Shown here one piece after another: positions 7,691-17,176 of a DNA stretch of 64,000 nucleotides. The position numbers and the translations under genes were made by a program. A model generated the notes under the pieces. The model saw only the letters and a program-made list of their open reading frames with translations, was not told where the DNA came from and made no database searches. The stretch spans positions 8,636 to 72,635 of the forward strand of contig CAZBAS010000003.1 of the NCBI GenBank assembly GCA_964490395.1, given 5' to 3'. Each line of letters opens with the position of its first letter. Positions within the stretch are counted from its first letter, which is position 1. This DNA comes from an uncultured Candidatus Saccharibacteria bacterium (GTDB lineage: Bacteria; Patescibacteriota; Doudnabacteria; UBA920).

Positions 7691-10201
7691 ATGAAAGGAA
7701 ATTACATGGGATATATGAATAATGAACAAGGCTTTGGGCAACGAGGCCAGAGTCGGATAAGAAAAACGCATCGTGCTTTACAGGTGGATTTAAGTCGGGC
7801 CAAGCTTTTTATGGTTACCTTGGCACTGAGTCTTATATTTGGCTTACTTCCTTTGAGTGTAGTTAAGCCGCAAGGTGCTTCAGTTAGTATGCTTGGTGAA
7901 AAGACAGCTCAGGCTGATATGCTCTCGGTGCTTAGAAACTCATTTAATGGCTATACAACGAGTCAAAATCCCGGTGCGAAGCCAGCGGCAGCCACTCCCA
8001 CTAATCCAGAACAAATAGCTGCTACAGCTGCTGCGAATCATACTTTTGTGTGTCCCGATGGGCAAGTAGAAAGCGGCCGTGTTGAACGCGAAGGTGCTAT
8101 TCGCTGCGTTCCTTGTCCAACAGGGACTGTGCGCATGTTTGTAGGCGGCGGCGAAGCATGTCATCCTCCAGGGTTCAAAGTTGATTACAGCTATATCCCA
8201 GCTGGGTATGAAGTTGGGGCCAATGGTCAGATTTGTCGCTCCGATGGGCAATCTTATGCAGGATCCTTTAACCGAAGATACAAGTCCACTCAACCAAACT
8301 TTGGTGAGTGCTGTAATGGTGGGTTCCGTGACACTAAACCGGTAGTGGCCGGTAGCAGCGTGGCCCTGTTCATTTGTGGTGGAAATAATCCCGCCCAAAG
8401 CTCTACTGGCGGCAGCGCAGGTTCTGGCCAGGGAGCAACTGGCGGCAGCGGCCAAGGGGGTTCGGGAACAGCTACGGGTACGCCAGCTCCGCATACTTTT
8501 GTGTGTCCCGATGGGCAAGTAGAAAGCGGCCGTGTTGAACGCGAAGGCGCTATTCGTTGCGTGCCGTGTCCTACAGGAACAGTTCGCATGTACGTTGGTG
8601 GCGGAGAATCCTGCCATCCACCAGGATACACTGTAGATTACAGTTTCATTCCTGCTGGATATGAGATTGGCGCTAACGGCCAGATATGTCGCTCCGATGG
8701 CCAGTCATACGCTGGTTCATTCAATCGACGGTATAGATCCACTCAGGCGAATATGGGTGAATGTTGTAACGGCGGCTATCGTGACAGTAAACCTGTTGTT
8801 GCCGGAAGTAGTGTGGCATTGTTTATTTGTGGGGTTCCTACTGCAGCGCAGGCTGCGGCTGCTGGGGCGGTAGTTCCAAAGCCTTCAACACCCACCGGAA
8901 ATAATGGCCAAGGTTCTTCTGCAACCAATACGAGCGGCTCGTCTTCGTCGTCTGGTACTGGCTCGTCTACAGGTCAGTCAACAGGGGGCACGACAACTAC
9001 TGGTGGTCAAAACGGTCTTACGGGTTCTGCGACTACTGTTGGTTCGCTCGATACTGCTTCTATTTCTCAGTTTAAAGGATGGGCGTTCGACCAGGATAGT
9101 ACTTCTGCGGTTGTTGGCGTTACCTTTTATGCAGATGCTACCCTTGAAAAAGGTGGAACACCCCTTGCGGGATCTGTAAAAACCACGACGCAGCGTGATG
9201 ATGTGAACAGTACGTATGGTATTAGTGGTGCTCATGGTTTTACGGCCACCGTATTTTTGGCCACTGCTACAACTGCGTCGAACAACGCAGCAGGTACCAT
9301 AACCATTCCATTGACCATGCAGGATGGTAAAGAGCATTTGGTGTATGCATATGCCGCAGATGCTACTGGAGCAAAGAATGTTTTAGCGGGAAGTCCTAAA
9401 TCGGTTTCTTTTGGGAGCGCCAATTGTACGACTACGACAACGGGCACTGGTACAAGCGGTAGAACTACCCCTGGCCAAGTGGTGGTAGGTAGTCCTGGCG
9501 GCGTTGGATCTGGTGGTTCAGGCGGTTGTTCCGGGTCAACGGGTAGTGGCGGCGCAGGTGGGTCGAGCAGACACAATTACCTTACCCCTTGTGATGGGGC
9601 AGGTATAGCAGGCAAGGACGATCCAGCTATCGTGGTAGAAGTCAAAGCCGATGGCACCATAGTGGGAAGTGTGGATACTAAGAATGTAAGCGACGCGGTG
9701 GTTAAGATAAATGGGACAACCACTACCAGTAAAACCTTTACCCTCAAAGCAGGTGATAGTATCTCGGTTACTACTAAGAACGGTACGTATTCTGCCGATG
9801 CGGATGGCCTTGCAAAAGGTGAGAATGCTTCCATCCTCGTTCCTATGCCTTGTATTCGAATAGGGTATGACGATGTGCTTGGTGGTCAGCAGTGCGGCGA
9901 CGGCCAAGATGGTACCTGTGCCGATGAGCTTGATGCGTTTATAAACGTAGAAAGCATTCAAAATGCGGGCATAAAAGATAGCGATTTTGAAATATGGTAC
10001 AAGGTCAAAGGTGGTAAGTACGATACTGGCGGTTGGAAAAAATATGACTGGAAGAACTGCGGCCAGTATAGTAACCATTGTATTCGCTTGGCAGGTGCAG
10101 GTGTGATTTATGCCAAAACCAAGATAATTGCTGGCACACTTCCTGGAAGCTGGAGCCTCACTGCTCAAAAAGAATTTGATGTTGCAAAAGGCAAGTTCTA
10201 A
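7691..10201 (+). CDS. Large secreted Cys-rich surface protein with a duplicated module and a GWAFD-type domain
   Basis: 836 aa with an N-terminal TM/signal sequence. It has two near-identical Cys-rich modules of about 115 aa (HTFVCPDGQVESGRVEREGAIRCVPCPTGTV...ECCNGG...LFICG), Gly/Ser/Thr linkers, and a domain GWAFDQDS...RDDVNSTYGISGAHGF that is shared with the ORF at 48964. Confidence 0.6.
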   Translation: MKGNYMGYMNNEQGFGQRGQSRIRKTHRALQVDLSRAKLFMVTLALSLIFGLLPLSVVKPQGASVSMLGEKTAQADMLSVLRNSFNGYTTSQNPGAKPAAATPTNPEQIAATAAANHTFVCPDGQVESGRVEREGAIRCVPCPTGTVRMFVGGGEACHPPGFKVDYSYIPAGYEVGANGQICRSDGQSYAGSFNRRYKSTQPNFGECCNGGFRDTKPVVAGSSVALFICGGNNPAQSSTGGSAGSGQGATGGSGQGGSGTATGTPAPHTFVCPDGQVESGRVEREGAIRCVPCPTGTVRMYVGGGESCHPPGYTVDYSFIPAGYEIGANGQICRSDGQSYAGSFNRRYRSTQANMGECCNGGYRDSKPVVAGSSVALFICGVPTAAQAAAAGAVVPKPSTPTGNNGQGSSATNTSGSSSSSGTGSSTGQSTGGTTTTGGQNGLTGSATTVGSLDTASISQFKGWAFDQDSTSAVVGVTFYADATLEKGGTPLAGSVKTTTQRDDVNSTYGISGAHGFTATVFLATATTASNNAAGTITIPLTMQDGKEHLVYAYAADATGAKNVLAGSPKSVSFGSANCTTTTTGTGTSGRTTPGQVVVGSPGGVGSGGSGGCSGSTGSGGAGGSSRHNYLTPCDGAGIAGKDDPAIVVEVKADGTIVGSVDTKNVSDAVVKINGTTTTSKTFTLKAGDSISVTTKNGTYSADADGLAKGENASILVPMPCIRIGYDDVLGGQQCGDGQDGTCADELDAFINVESIQNAGIKDSDFEIWYKVKGGKYDTGGWKKYDWKNCGQYSNHCIRLAGAGVIYAKTKIIAGTLPGSWSLTAQKEFDVAKGKF
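8039..8838 (+). repeat. Intragenic tandem duplication: two units of about 345 bp (8039-8385 and 8492-8838) with high nucleotide identity
   Basis: catacttttgtgtgtcccgatgggcaagtagaaagcggccgtgttgaacgcgaagg... occurs twice with only scattered substitutions. Confidence 0.8.
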
Positions 10202-10213
10202 TACACGAGCATA

Positions 10214-10243
10214 TAAAAAACCACAGAAATCTGTGGTTTTTTA
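10214..10243 (+). terminator. Rho-independent terminator after the 7691..10201 gene
   Basis: aaaaaaccacagaaatctgtggtttttt: a 6-bp stem, a 4-nt loop and a T6 run. Confidence 0.6.
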
Positions 10244-10336
10244 TATGTGCTTTTTATGTGGCATGTACGTTATTCTTCTGTGCTGGTAAATACCACCTGG
10301 TAATTATTATTTTTTTGTTCATTTATGGTATACTAA

Positions 10337-12055
10337 TTGCAAAGGTTAATAATCTATCTTTTGAAACAAATGAAAATCGCGAATCAACAAAAGTTAATTA
10401 TAGGCGTTGCCGCTTTGGCAATAGTCGCGCTTATTACTACTACCATTTGGAGCCGTCCCGGGTTTTTGTACCAACCCCCAACTGCAGCCCAGCGCCAAAT
10501 TGCCCAAGACAAACAAAAGCAAGAGTTGGAAGAGTATCGCAAGTACTTAGCAGATATTCAAGCTGATCCCGGCGCTAGTCAAGCAGTAATTAGCAAAACA
10601 ATAGATTCAAAAGTGCTATCTGCGCAAGTAAAGGCCGACCTGGGTGCGGCCAAGCCCCCATTGACCCCTCACGTGGATGCTTCCCGTTTTGCAGTAAGTG
10701 CTGATACGAGCCGTACCGCAATAGACACTTACTTGAATGGGGTAAAGCCATTACTTGAGAAAATAAGTGAGTTGCCCGCAGATTCTTTGAATTCCGCACT
10801 CGGTGCTGAGCCAGACCCAATCGCGGCTCGTTCTTTACAGGGCGTTTCTAGTAATGCAATTTCTGATCTGTATAATATGACTGTGCCTAAACCAGCCGTG
10901 GAGCTGCACACATCTATTATTGCTGCACTTTCCGTACATGGTCAGTTTATTAACGACGCCGTAAGTACATCGTCTTCTGTTGCCCCGCGTGGTGCTGCGC
11001 GGTGGAGTAACACGTATCCGACATACGCAGCAGCTCAAATGCAGCTTGCAAATGTTAATACTGCAGTTCAGGCGCTGGGTCACCAGTATGGCCTTTTGGG
11101 GGATGGTGAAAAAACCGCACAGAATGGATTTATAAAAACTGCAAATGCGCAGGTGCCCGTTTCGGTAATAACCAATATCCCTCAATGGCTTGAGCTTGCT
11201 ATCCGGCAGGCAGTGAGTACGGTGATTTTAAACTACATACGGAACCAAGTGCTTACTTGGGCCCTTCGGTTTGATAAAGATCATACCATTGCCAACTTCT
11301 TGTACTATGGCAATGCTCTTACCACTAAGAACACTGAAGATTATTTAAAGAAATACGCAACCGAGGAGCAGGGCTTTGATAATGTAGATAGGGATATGAT
11401 TAAAAATCTCATCCCTCAGTTTAATTGCGGTAGGTTAGACGAAGAAGCGTTTAAAAAAGATGTACGGGCTAAAGTTCTAACGTACTTAGGTTTTAATCCT
11501 TCCGCACTTTCCGCAACTGACATAAGTGATCCTGATTATTATACGAAACTATCGAAGACTGCCACGCTCAGGGGCGACCCAACTGGACAAGGGTATGCCC
11601 TATGGGCCCAAAGCCTAGCAGCTGTGACCCAGGGCGAAAGTGAGAAAAGCGGTATTCTAGAACAGTTGTCCTCAGGTAAAAAAGCCGGGTATTCTGCTCA
11701 GGGGACTCAGAAAATTGTAGAATCTGTGGATCTGGTAAGCGGTAAGATTACTTCCGCCATAAATGCCATGTTTAATATTGGTCCAACAACAGCTGCCACT
11801 GGTTTAACTGGTGCGGTGGCGGGCATTTTGACTTCGGTTTTGCAACAGCTTGTGGTTCAGGGGACTGTAACGTTGAGCGAGCAAACAAAATGTATAAAAA
11901 CCGCAGTATATAATCCCATTATTCCCGGTGATTTTACACCGAGCGGGGGTGATGTAAATGTTTCGCAAATTACTCAGTGTGTTTCAAATCCGGATACGTG
12001 TAGAGATTTGCTTTTCGCCAATCCGAACGGCTCAGTTGGTGTGAGAAAGCCGTAG
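10337..12055 (+). CDS. Hypothetical membrane-anchored protein
   Basis: 572 aa with an N-terminal TM helix (IIGVAALAIVALITTTIW). No recognisable catalytic motif. It lies in the T4SS-like locus. Confidence 0.45.
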   Translation: MQRLIIYLLKQMKIANQQKLIIGVAALAIVALITTTIWSRPGFLYQPPTAAQRQIAQDKQKQELEEYRKYLADIQADPGASQAVISKTIDSKVLSAQVKADLGAAKPPLTPHVDASRFAVSADTSRTAIDTYLNGVKPLLEKISELPADSLNSALGAEPDPIAARSLQGVSSNAISDLYNMTVPKPAVELHTSIIAALSVHGQFINDAVSTSSSVAPRGAARWSNTYPTYAAAQMQLANVNTAVQALGHQYGLLGDGEKTAQNGFIKTANAQVPVSVITNIPQWLELAIRQAVSTVILNYIRNQVLTWALRFDKDHTIANFLYYGNALTTKNTEDYLKKYATEEQGFDNVDRDMIKNLIPQFNCGRLDEEAFKKDVRAKVLTYLGFNPSALSATDISDPDYYTKLSKTATLRGDPTGQGYALWAQSLAAVTQGESEKSGILEQLSSGKKAGYSAQGTQKIVESVDLVSGKITSAINAMFNIGPTTAATGLTGAVAGILTSVLQQLVVQGTVTLSEQTKCIKTAVYNPIIPGDFTPSGGDVNVSQITQCVSNPDTCRDLLFANPNGSVGVRKP

Positions 12056-12111
12056 GTCGTAGGCGAGTTAGGTTCGTTTGCCTCGTGCAGCTGTGCTGAG
12101 TTAGTAAACTA

Positions 12112-15100
12112 TTGAATGATTTTAGTTTCACCATGAAAGCGTCTATACCTTCACGTATAAAAATAATAGTATTTCGACTGGCAGTATTCGCGCTTTTGGC
12201 CGGTGTTGTTGCGCCTGCCTATGCACAAGTGAGCCCACGGGGTATTGTCACTGGGACTCCCCCTGGCCGAGTATTACAGGCTCAACAAACCTCAAACTGC
12301 TTTGTCCCCACGTTAAAAGTAACACCCTCAGAAGTAGACAAGAGTGGGAGTTTGAAGTTTGAGGTTAATGTAAAAAACACCTGTACCACGAAGCAAACCG
12401 CATACGTAAAAGTTCTTTATAACGACACCCTATTGCTGCGCAATGTAACTCCGGGCGGCGCTTTTGGGACTCCGCCGGCAGAGCTTTCCGGGGGGGCTTC
12501 CAAAGATTTTGCTTTCGATGTTGCCGTGGGGGGTATCCAGGGCCTTACCAAAACTACTAATTTTCATGCCCAGGTTACCATGTCGAGGTCGCCGGATGCG
12601 AAAAGCGAGCCCGTTCCGGTGGTTATGAAATTTATAACCGACGAGAACCCGGTCGGTAGTGCGAACTGTTTGTTGTTGAACTTGATAGTCGCGCCTACGG
12701 TTATTAAAGCACAAAGTGAGACATTAGCTTTTGGATTAAAGTTAAATAATAATTGCACGGGGGGTATCGGGCCCCAGCTGGCCGTTCTGTATAACAAAGA
12801 TCAGCCCATAAATCCTATCGCCAACCCCCCATGGCTTGCTCCTGGTGCCTCTGACCAAGTAAACTTTTCCTGGGGCGCCGGGGGGCTACAGGGTTTGACT
12901 GGTACTACTAATTTTTATGCTGTTGCAAAATATACAGACCCGGCTAGTAAGAAGGAAGTTTCAGTACGCAGTAATGTAGTAGCGGTCTCAATGGAATTTA
13001 GTGGCGTAACTCCGGGCGATGGCGGCGCCGGGACTGGAGAGGGCGCTACATTACCTCCTGGTGCGCAAACCCCTACGGCCGGTGGCGCTACCAGCTGTAT
13101 TAGCATTACCAGTGGGCCAATTTGCGTCATCAACTATGTTATTGCCGCCGTGGTGCAGGTATTTAACTCGATAGTTAAGTATGTTTTGCTCAGGTTTTTG
13201 GGGCCATTTATTGAAGCGCTTGTTTCCATTCGGACTTATACTGATGATTTTGCGCAGGTTATATATAGTGCCTGGCAGATACTGCGCAACCTTGGAAATA
13301 TTTTCTTTATTTTGTCCATTGTGGCAATTGGTGTGGCAACGGTTTTCCGCATATCGGGATACGCTGTTAAGGATTTGCTGGTAAAGCTTATTGTTGGTGC
13401 TATACTCATAAACTTTAGTTTAACTATTGCCCAGGCTATATTAGGCATTGCAGATACGGTTACCAATCAATTCTTAGGACCAAATACGGGAGCAATACGC
13501 GCTATTGTGAATCCGTTGGTTACTACGAATATATGGGCGAATGTAACTGCGAACGCTGGTGATTTTTCATCGTCTATTCAGGGTGTATTTAGTTTCTGGC
13601 TCAGCTTTGCCGCCTTTGTCGCATTCTTGGGTGTAGCATTTTTGTTGTTCTTCCGCATTATAATGCTCTGGATACTGCTCATGCTGTCCCCATTGCCTTA
13701 TGTAGCTATGGTCTTGCCCGCTACGCGCAAGATGTCTAAGACCTGGTGGAGCAAGTTCATACAGTGGGCATTTAACGCGCCTATAGTGGCGTTCATGCTG
13801 AACCTTACTGCTACTATTACTGTTGCAAATAGTAATATCATCCAAAAACTGGCGAACGTCCAAACTGGTAATAGCAGTGAAGTGACTACATTTATGTTCG
13901 CAGTGGCAGGGCAAGCAATTCCTATAGCCTTTTTGTTCATGACCGTGAAAGCCGGTGCTTCTGTGGGTAAGGGTGCTGCTGGATTTATAGATAAAGCCAT
14001 AGACAAGGGTGCTAAAGCGGCCTTCCTGCCAGCGGCGCTTACAGGTGCGGCAGTTGGCGGCGCTGTTGGCGCGGGTGCTGCTGCGGTTGCTAAAACTGCA
14101 AAGAATGCCGCTGCTGTTCCCCTTGATTTGGCAAAGCTTAAATTCGCAGAGGGCCGGGCGTCACGATTAAATGATATCGCAAATGACAAGGCAACTACAG
14201 GAACTAAAATAAAAAGCTTTTTGGCGGGAGATAGAAGTATTGGAAAGATGCTGGAGGCTAAGCGTAAGCGCTACGAGGGTGATACTAAACACTATAAAGG
14301 GGCAAGCGAAGAGTATCTGAAAGATATAGAAAAGAATCGGTATAGCTGGGCAGGGGCAAAAGTTTTGGGAAATAAAATAAAAACCAAGGGCTCTAACCTC
14401 GCGGCGAAGCTTCAAGGTGCTGATACTGTACAAGATCTTGCTAGGTTGAAGACAGACCAAGAGCTCCAGCAAAACCTGAAAGATGCCAAATATACCGGAT
14501 CCTTGACCGATACAGATGCTATGAAACAGCAAATTGAGTTAGCTAAAGAAGCACTGAAAGATCCGAAAATTTCTGATGACGCAAAGAAAGATAAAGAGAA
14601 GCTCATTAAGACTCTTGATGACACTGTTCGAAACATGGAAATCCGTGCTAATAACAACGAGCTCTCCAAAGCTGCAAGTGTCGGTGCTAATGAGTTGAAT
14701 AAGGTTATCCACGAGCTTAGGGAACCCGCCCAGACACAATTGGCCAAGTCAGAGTACGCACCTTCCTACATTGCCGATAAACACCGCCGCGAGAATACTA
14801 AAGGTGCTGCGTCGCGCCTTCCAAGTGAATACAGTCTTGGTGAGTACGCAGATTTCTTCAAGAAGGCTGTTGCTAAGGGCGACAAATATGGTGCTTTACT
14901 TGCGGCGCAGACCATAGAGCAAGAAGGCGACACCAAAGACATGCTTAAGCAATTTGGGTATACAAATAACTCTGATGGGCTTAAGAAGTTTTATAAAGAC
15001 TATTTCCGCAATGGTACTAAAGGTTTTGATGTAGGTGCGGAGACTTATACGACTTTGCTTCGGGAGAGTGATAAACGAACTAAGTCAGCAGGAGACTGGG

Positions 15101-15873
15101 ACTTGGCTGGTAAGATTAAGTACGATACTGGTAGTGGTAAATATGAAGAAGACGGTGCTGGTCGTATTGGAAAGAACGTAGATAAGCGCATAGGAGAAGG
15201 GTCTATTAATGATATATGGCGTGGTATGACAACGAAAACTGCCATGACGTATAACATAGATGCCGAAAGCGGTGAAGGGAAGTGGGGTTTGAGTGATCAC
15301 ATGATTGAGGCTCTTAAGAAGATGAACCCGGGGGATCCGATGTCTATGCAGGCATTGACTCGAACAAATAGTCCTATGGCTCGTAACATAACTACTTTAA
15401 ATGGGAGCCTTAAAGATGATCCGAAGGCGTTAAAAGAGATTGAAATTCAGTTTAAGGACGCGATTAAGGAAGCCTCAAAAGCACGAGGAAGAACAGAGCA
15501 GCAGCAAACAGAAGATGCTGATAAAGCATATATGATGGTCAAGTACGCAAGCAATGATATGACTGCTGCTGAAGCTTCGGTAATTAAGGACGTTGTAACC
15601 CAAGTAAATGATGAGGCAGCTATCCTCAGTGGTCGTCGTCCAAAGCAGAAAAATAAAGATAAAGACAATAACCAAGCTAATAGCAATAATCAGAATAATA
15701 ATCAGCCCCAAGCAGGCCAGGCGCAAAACAATCAGGGCAATAATTCTGGACAAAACAATCAACGGCGTCAAAACCGTCCCAGAGGTGGAAATGGCCAGCA
15801 GGGTGGCGGGCAGCAGCCTCCTACAAATACGCCACCTTCCTCTACTGGGCCCAAGCTTAAGCTGAAGCAGTAA
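12112..15873 (+). CDS. VirB6/TrbL-like polytopic membrane protein with N-terminal repeated extracellular domains and a long charged, Q/N-rich C-terminal tail
   Basis: 1253 aa. A signal peptide is followed by two domains of about 100 aa that each end in GG(L/I)QGLT(G/K)TTNF(Y/H)A. A block of at least six TM helices (roughly 13100-14000) resembles TrbL/VirB6. A K/D/E-rich predicted coiled coil follows, and the tail is N/Q-rich (NNQANSNNQNNNQPQAGQAQNNQGNN...). Confidence 0.5.
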   Translation: MNDFSFTMKASIPSRIKIIVFRLAVFALLAGVVAPAYAQVSPRGIVTGTPPGRVLQAQQTSNCFVPTLKVTPSEVDKSGSLKFEVNVKNTCTTKQTAYVKVLYNDTLLLRNVTPGGAFGTPPAELSGGASKDFAFDVAVGGIQGLTKTTNFHAQVTMSRSPDAKSEPVPVVMKFITDENPVGSANCLLLNLIVAPTVIKAQSETLAFGLKLNNNCTGGIGPQLAVLYNKDQPINPIANPPWLAPGASDQVNFSWGAGGLQGLTGTTNFYAVAKYTDPASKKEVSVRSNVVAVSMEFSGVTPGDGGAGTGEGATLPPGAQTPTAGGATSCISITSGPICVINYVIAAVVQVFNSIVKYVLLRFLGPFIEALVSIRTYTDDFAQVIYSAWQILRNLGNIFFILSIVAIGVATVFRISGYAVKDLLVKLIVGAILINFSLTIAQAILGIADTVTNQFLGPNTGAIRAIVNPLVTTNIWANVTANAGDFSSSIQGVFSFWLSFAAFVAFLGVAFLLFFRIIMLWILLMLSPLPYVAMVLPATRKMSKTWWSKFIQWAFNAPIVAFMLNLTATITVANSNIIQKLANVQTGNSSEVTTFMFAVAGQAIPIAFLFMTVKAGASVGKGAAGFIDKAIDKGAKAAFLPAALTGAAVGGAVGAGAAAVAKTAKNAAAVPLDLAKLKFAEGRASRLNDIANDKATTGTKIKSFLAGDRSIGKMLEAKRKRYEGDTKHYKGASEEYLKDIEKNRYSWAGAKVLGNKIKTKGSNLAAKLQGADTVQDLARLKTDQELQQNLKDAKYTGSLTDTDAMKQQIELAKEALKDPKISDDAKKDKEKLIKTLDDTVRNMEIRANNNELSKAASVGANELNKVIHELREPAQTQLAKSEYAPSYIADKHRRENTKGAASRLPSEYSLGEYADFFKKAVAKGDKYGALLAAQTIEQEGDTKDMLKQFGYTNNSDGLKKFYKDYFRNGTKGFDVGAETYTTLLRESDKRTKSAGDWDLAGKIKYDTGSGKYEEDGAGRIGKNVDKRIGEGSINDIWRGMTTKTAMTYNIDAESGEGKWGLSDHMIEALKKMNPGDPMSMQALTRTNSPMARNITTLNGSLKDDPKALKEIEIQFKDAIKEASKARGRTEQQQTEDADKAYMMVKYASNDMTAAEASVIKDVVTQVNDEAAILSGRRPKQKNKDKDNNQANSNNQNNNQPQAGQAQNNQGNNSGQNNQRRQNRPRGGNGQQGGGQQPPTNTPPSSTGPKLKLKQ

Positions 15874-15894
15874 AGTCTTTATATCTAAAATAGT

Positions 15895-17130
15895 ATGGAA
15901 GAGTCTGAAGTACAACAAATAGCCGAAGAAGCAGATGAGGCCATTGCGGCCTTAGACGTTGCTGCTGCCCGAAATCTACTCAAACAGCTGGACGGTTTTG
16001 GTGTAACCCCAGAACAGGGTGATGCTGCCGGGGTATTGTATAGAGACTTGCTTTTCGTGAGGCTACCACAGCTTGCTGCTCCACAATCGACTTGGCTTTT
16101 GCAACATTGTGTACTTGCTGGTCTTATGTTGCCAGATTTTGATTTATCTGCCCGTATAGTCGATGCTATGTCGATTGTGTTTGATGAAGACGAGCGGGTA
16201 GCGTTGGTAGCTAGGTTTGTGGAAGCAATAGAGCAGGGAACTGAGTTACTCGGCACGAGTAACTTAACTATAGAAGGTGCTGAGTTTCCTCCCACTGTTC
16301 AGTCTTGGATAAAAGATTACAAATTATGGCCCGCACCTTCCCCAGAGCGCAAGGGGTTAGACGAGCTTAATTATGCTAATCAAAGCCCAAACGCCAAGAA
16401 GCTTGACCAGGTTTCACGAAATTCCCTCTTGGGTGTACTTGGTTTGTACGATACGCTTCACAATAGTATTGTTGCTTACAACAATCTTCCGGAAATATAC
16501 GTGGAAGACCATCCGCGCGCAAATTTATCTGCCCTTGCTGCAAGTCCAGACGAATTTGATTCCTTAAAAGCAGCTGATGACGCGTATGTACAAGCAGCGA
16601 AAAGTATTGTGCAAAGTGATAGTATCGCCTATGCGTCTTCGCCAGTAGCGCCACAGAGGGGGTCAGTTGCGCCGGACAGCTTTAGTCCATCCCCAAACAT
16701 ACAGGGCGTGTTGGTGCAAACCCCGTTGGGTGTTTCAGAGAATAGTGGGCTCGACATGGTTGCTCCGACTATTGCTGACGAAGATGATCATGTGCCGACT
16801 TCGAGCATGTCCGTAACGCAACGCAATGATGGTTCAGTCTCTCAAGGTGCTCCTACTATATCTGATGGGTCATTGCCTGTCGCGGCATATGAGGCGCCAG
16901 AAGACTTGTCTCATTCTGCCTCCATTCCAGCGCAGGGTCCTATACGAACAGGTGTGCGACCAGTGCCGTTGGCCACTGCGCCGGTTTCCAAGCTTGTTTC
17001 GCCTATTAAGCTTGCAAAGCCTGTACCGAGTATGGATGAGCTAAAACATGAGGCAGAAGCCAGGCGGGATTCTGTTCAGGCAGACATAGATAGTAAGCTC
17101 AATAGCTTAAAAAAGAAAGCGGGCGAGTAG
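15895..17130 (+). CDS. Hypothetical acidic protein in the T4SS-like locus
   Basis: 411 aa, strongly acidic with a Ser/Pro/Val-rich C-terminus. No known motif. Confidence 0.4.
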   Translation: MEESEVQQIAEEADEAIAALDVAAARNLLKQLDGFGVTPEQGDAAGVLYRDLLFVRLPQLAAPQSTWLLQHCVLAGLMLPDFDLSARIVDAMSIVFDEDERVALVARFVEAIEQGTELLGTSNLTIEGAEFPPTVQSWIKDYKLWPAPSPERKGLDELNYANQSPNAKKLDQVSRNSLLGVLGLYDTLHNSIVAYNNLPEIYVEDHPRANLSALAASPDEFDSLKAADDAYVQAAKSIVQSDSIAYASSPVAPQRGSVAPDSFSPSPNIQGVLVQTPLGVSENSGLDMVAPTIADEDDHVPTSSMSVTQRNDGSVSQGAPTISDGSLPVAAYEAPEDLSHSASIPAQGPIRTGVRPVPLATAPVSKLVSPIKLAKPVPSMDELKHEAEARRDSVQADIDSKLNSLKKKAGE

Positions 17131-17176
17131 CACTGCGCTTCACTATACTGCACTGAAGATCTATAAAAACAAAGCT

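Noticed and set aside
7940-8631. Antisense ORFs of 225 aa and 113 aa inside the 7691..10201 gene
   Set aside because: They lie entirely within and opposite to a well-supported long ORF. Their Cys/Arg-rich low-complexity translation is typical of antisense reading of a repeat-rich gene.
13698-14747. Several minus-strand ORFs of 111-163 aa inside the VirB6-like gene
   Set aside because: They overlap the 1253-aa ORF on the opposite strand and have no start context or motif.
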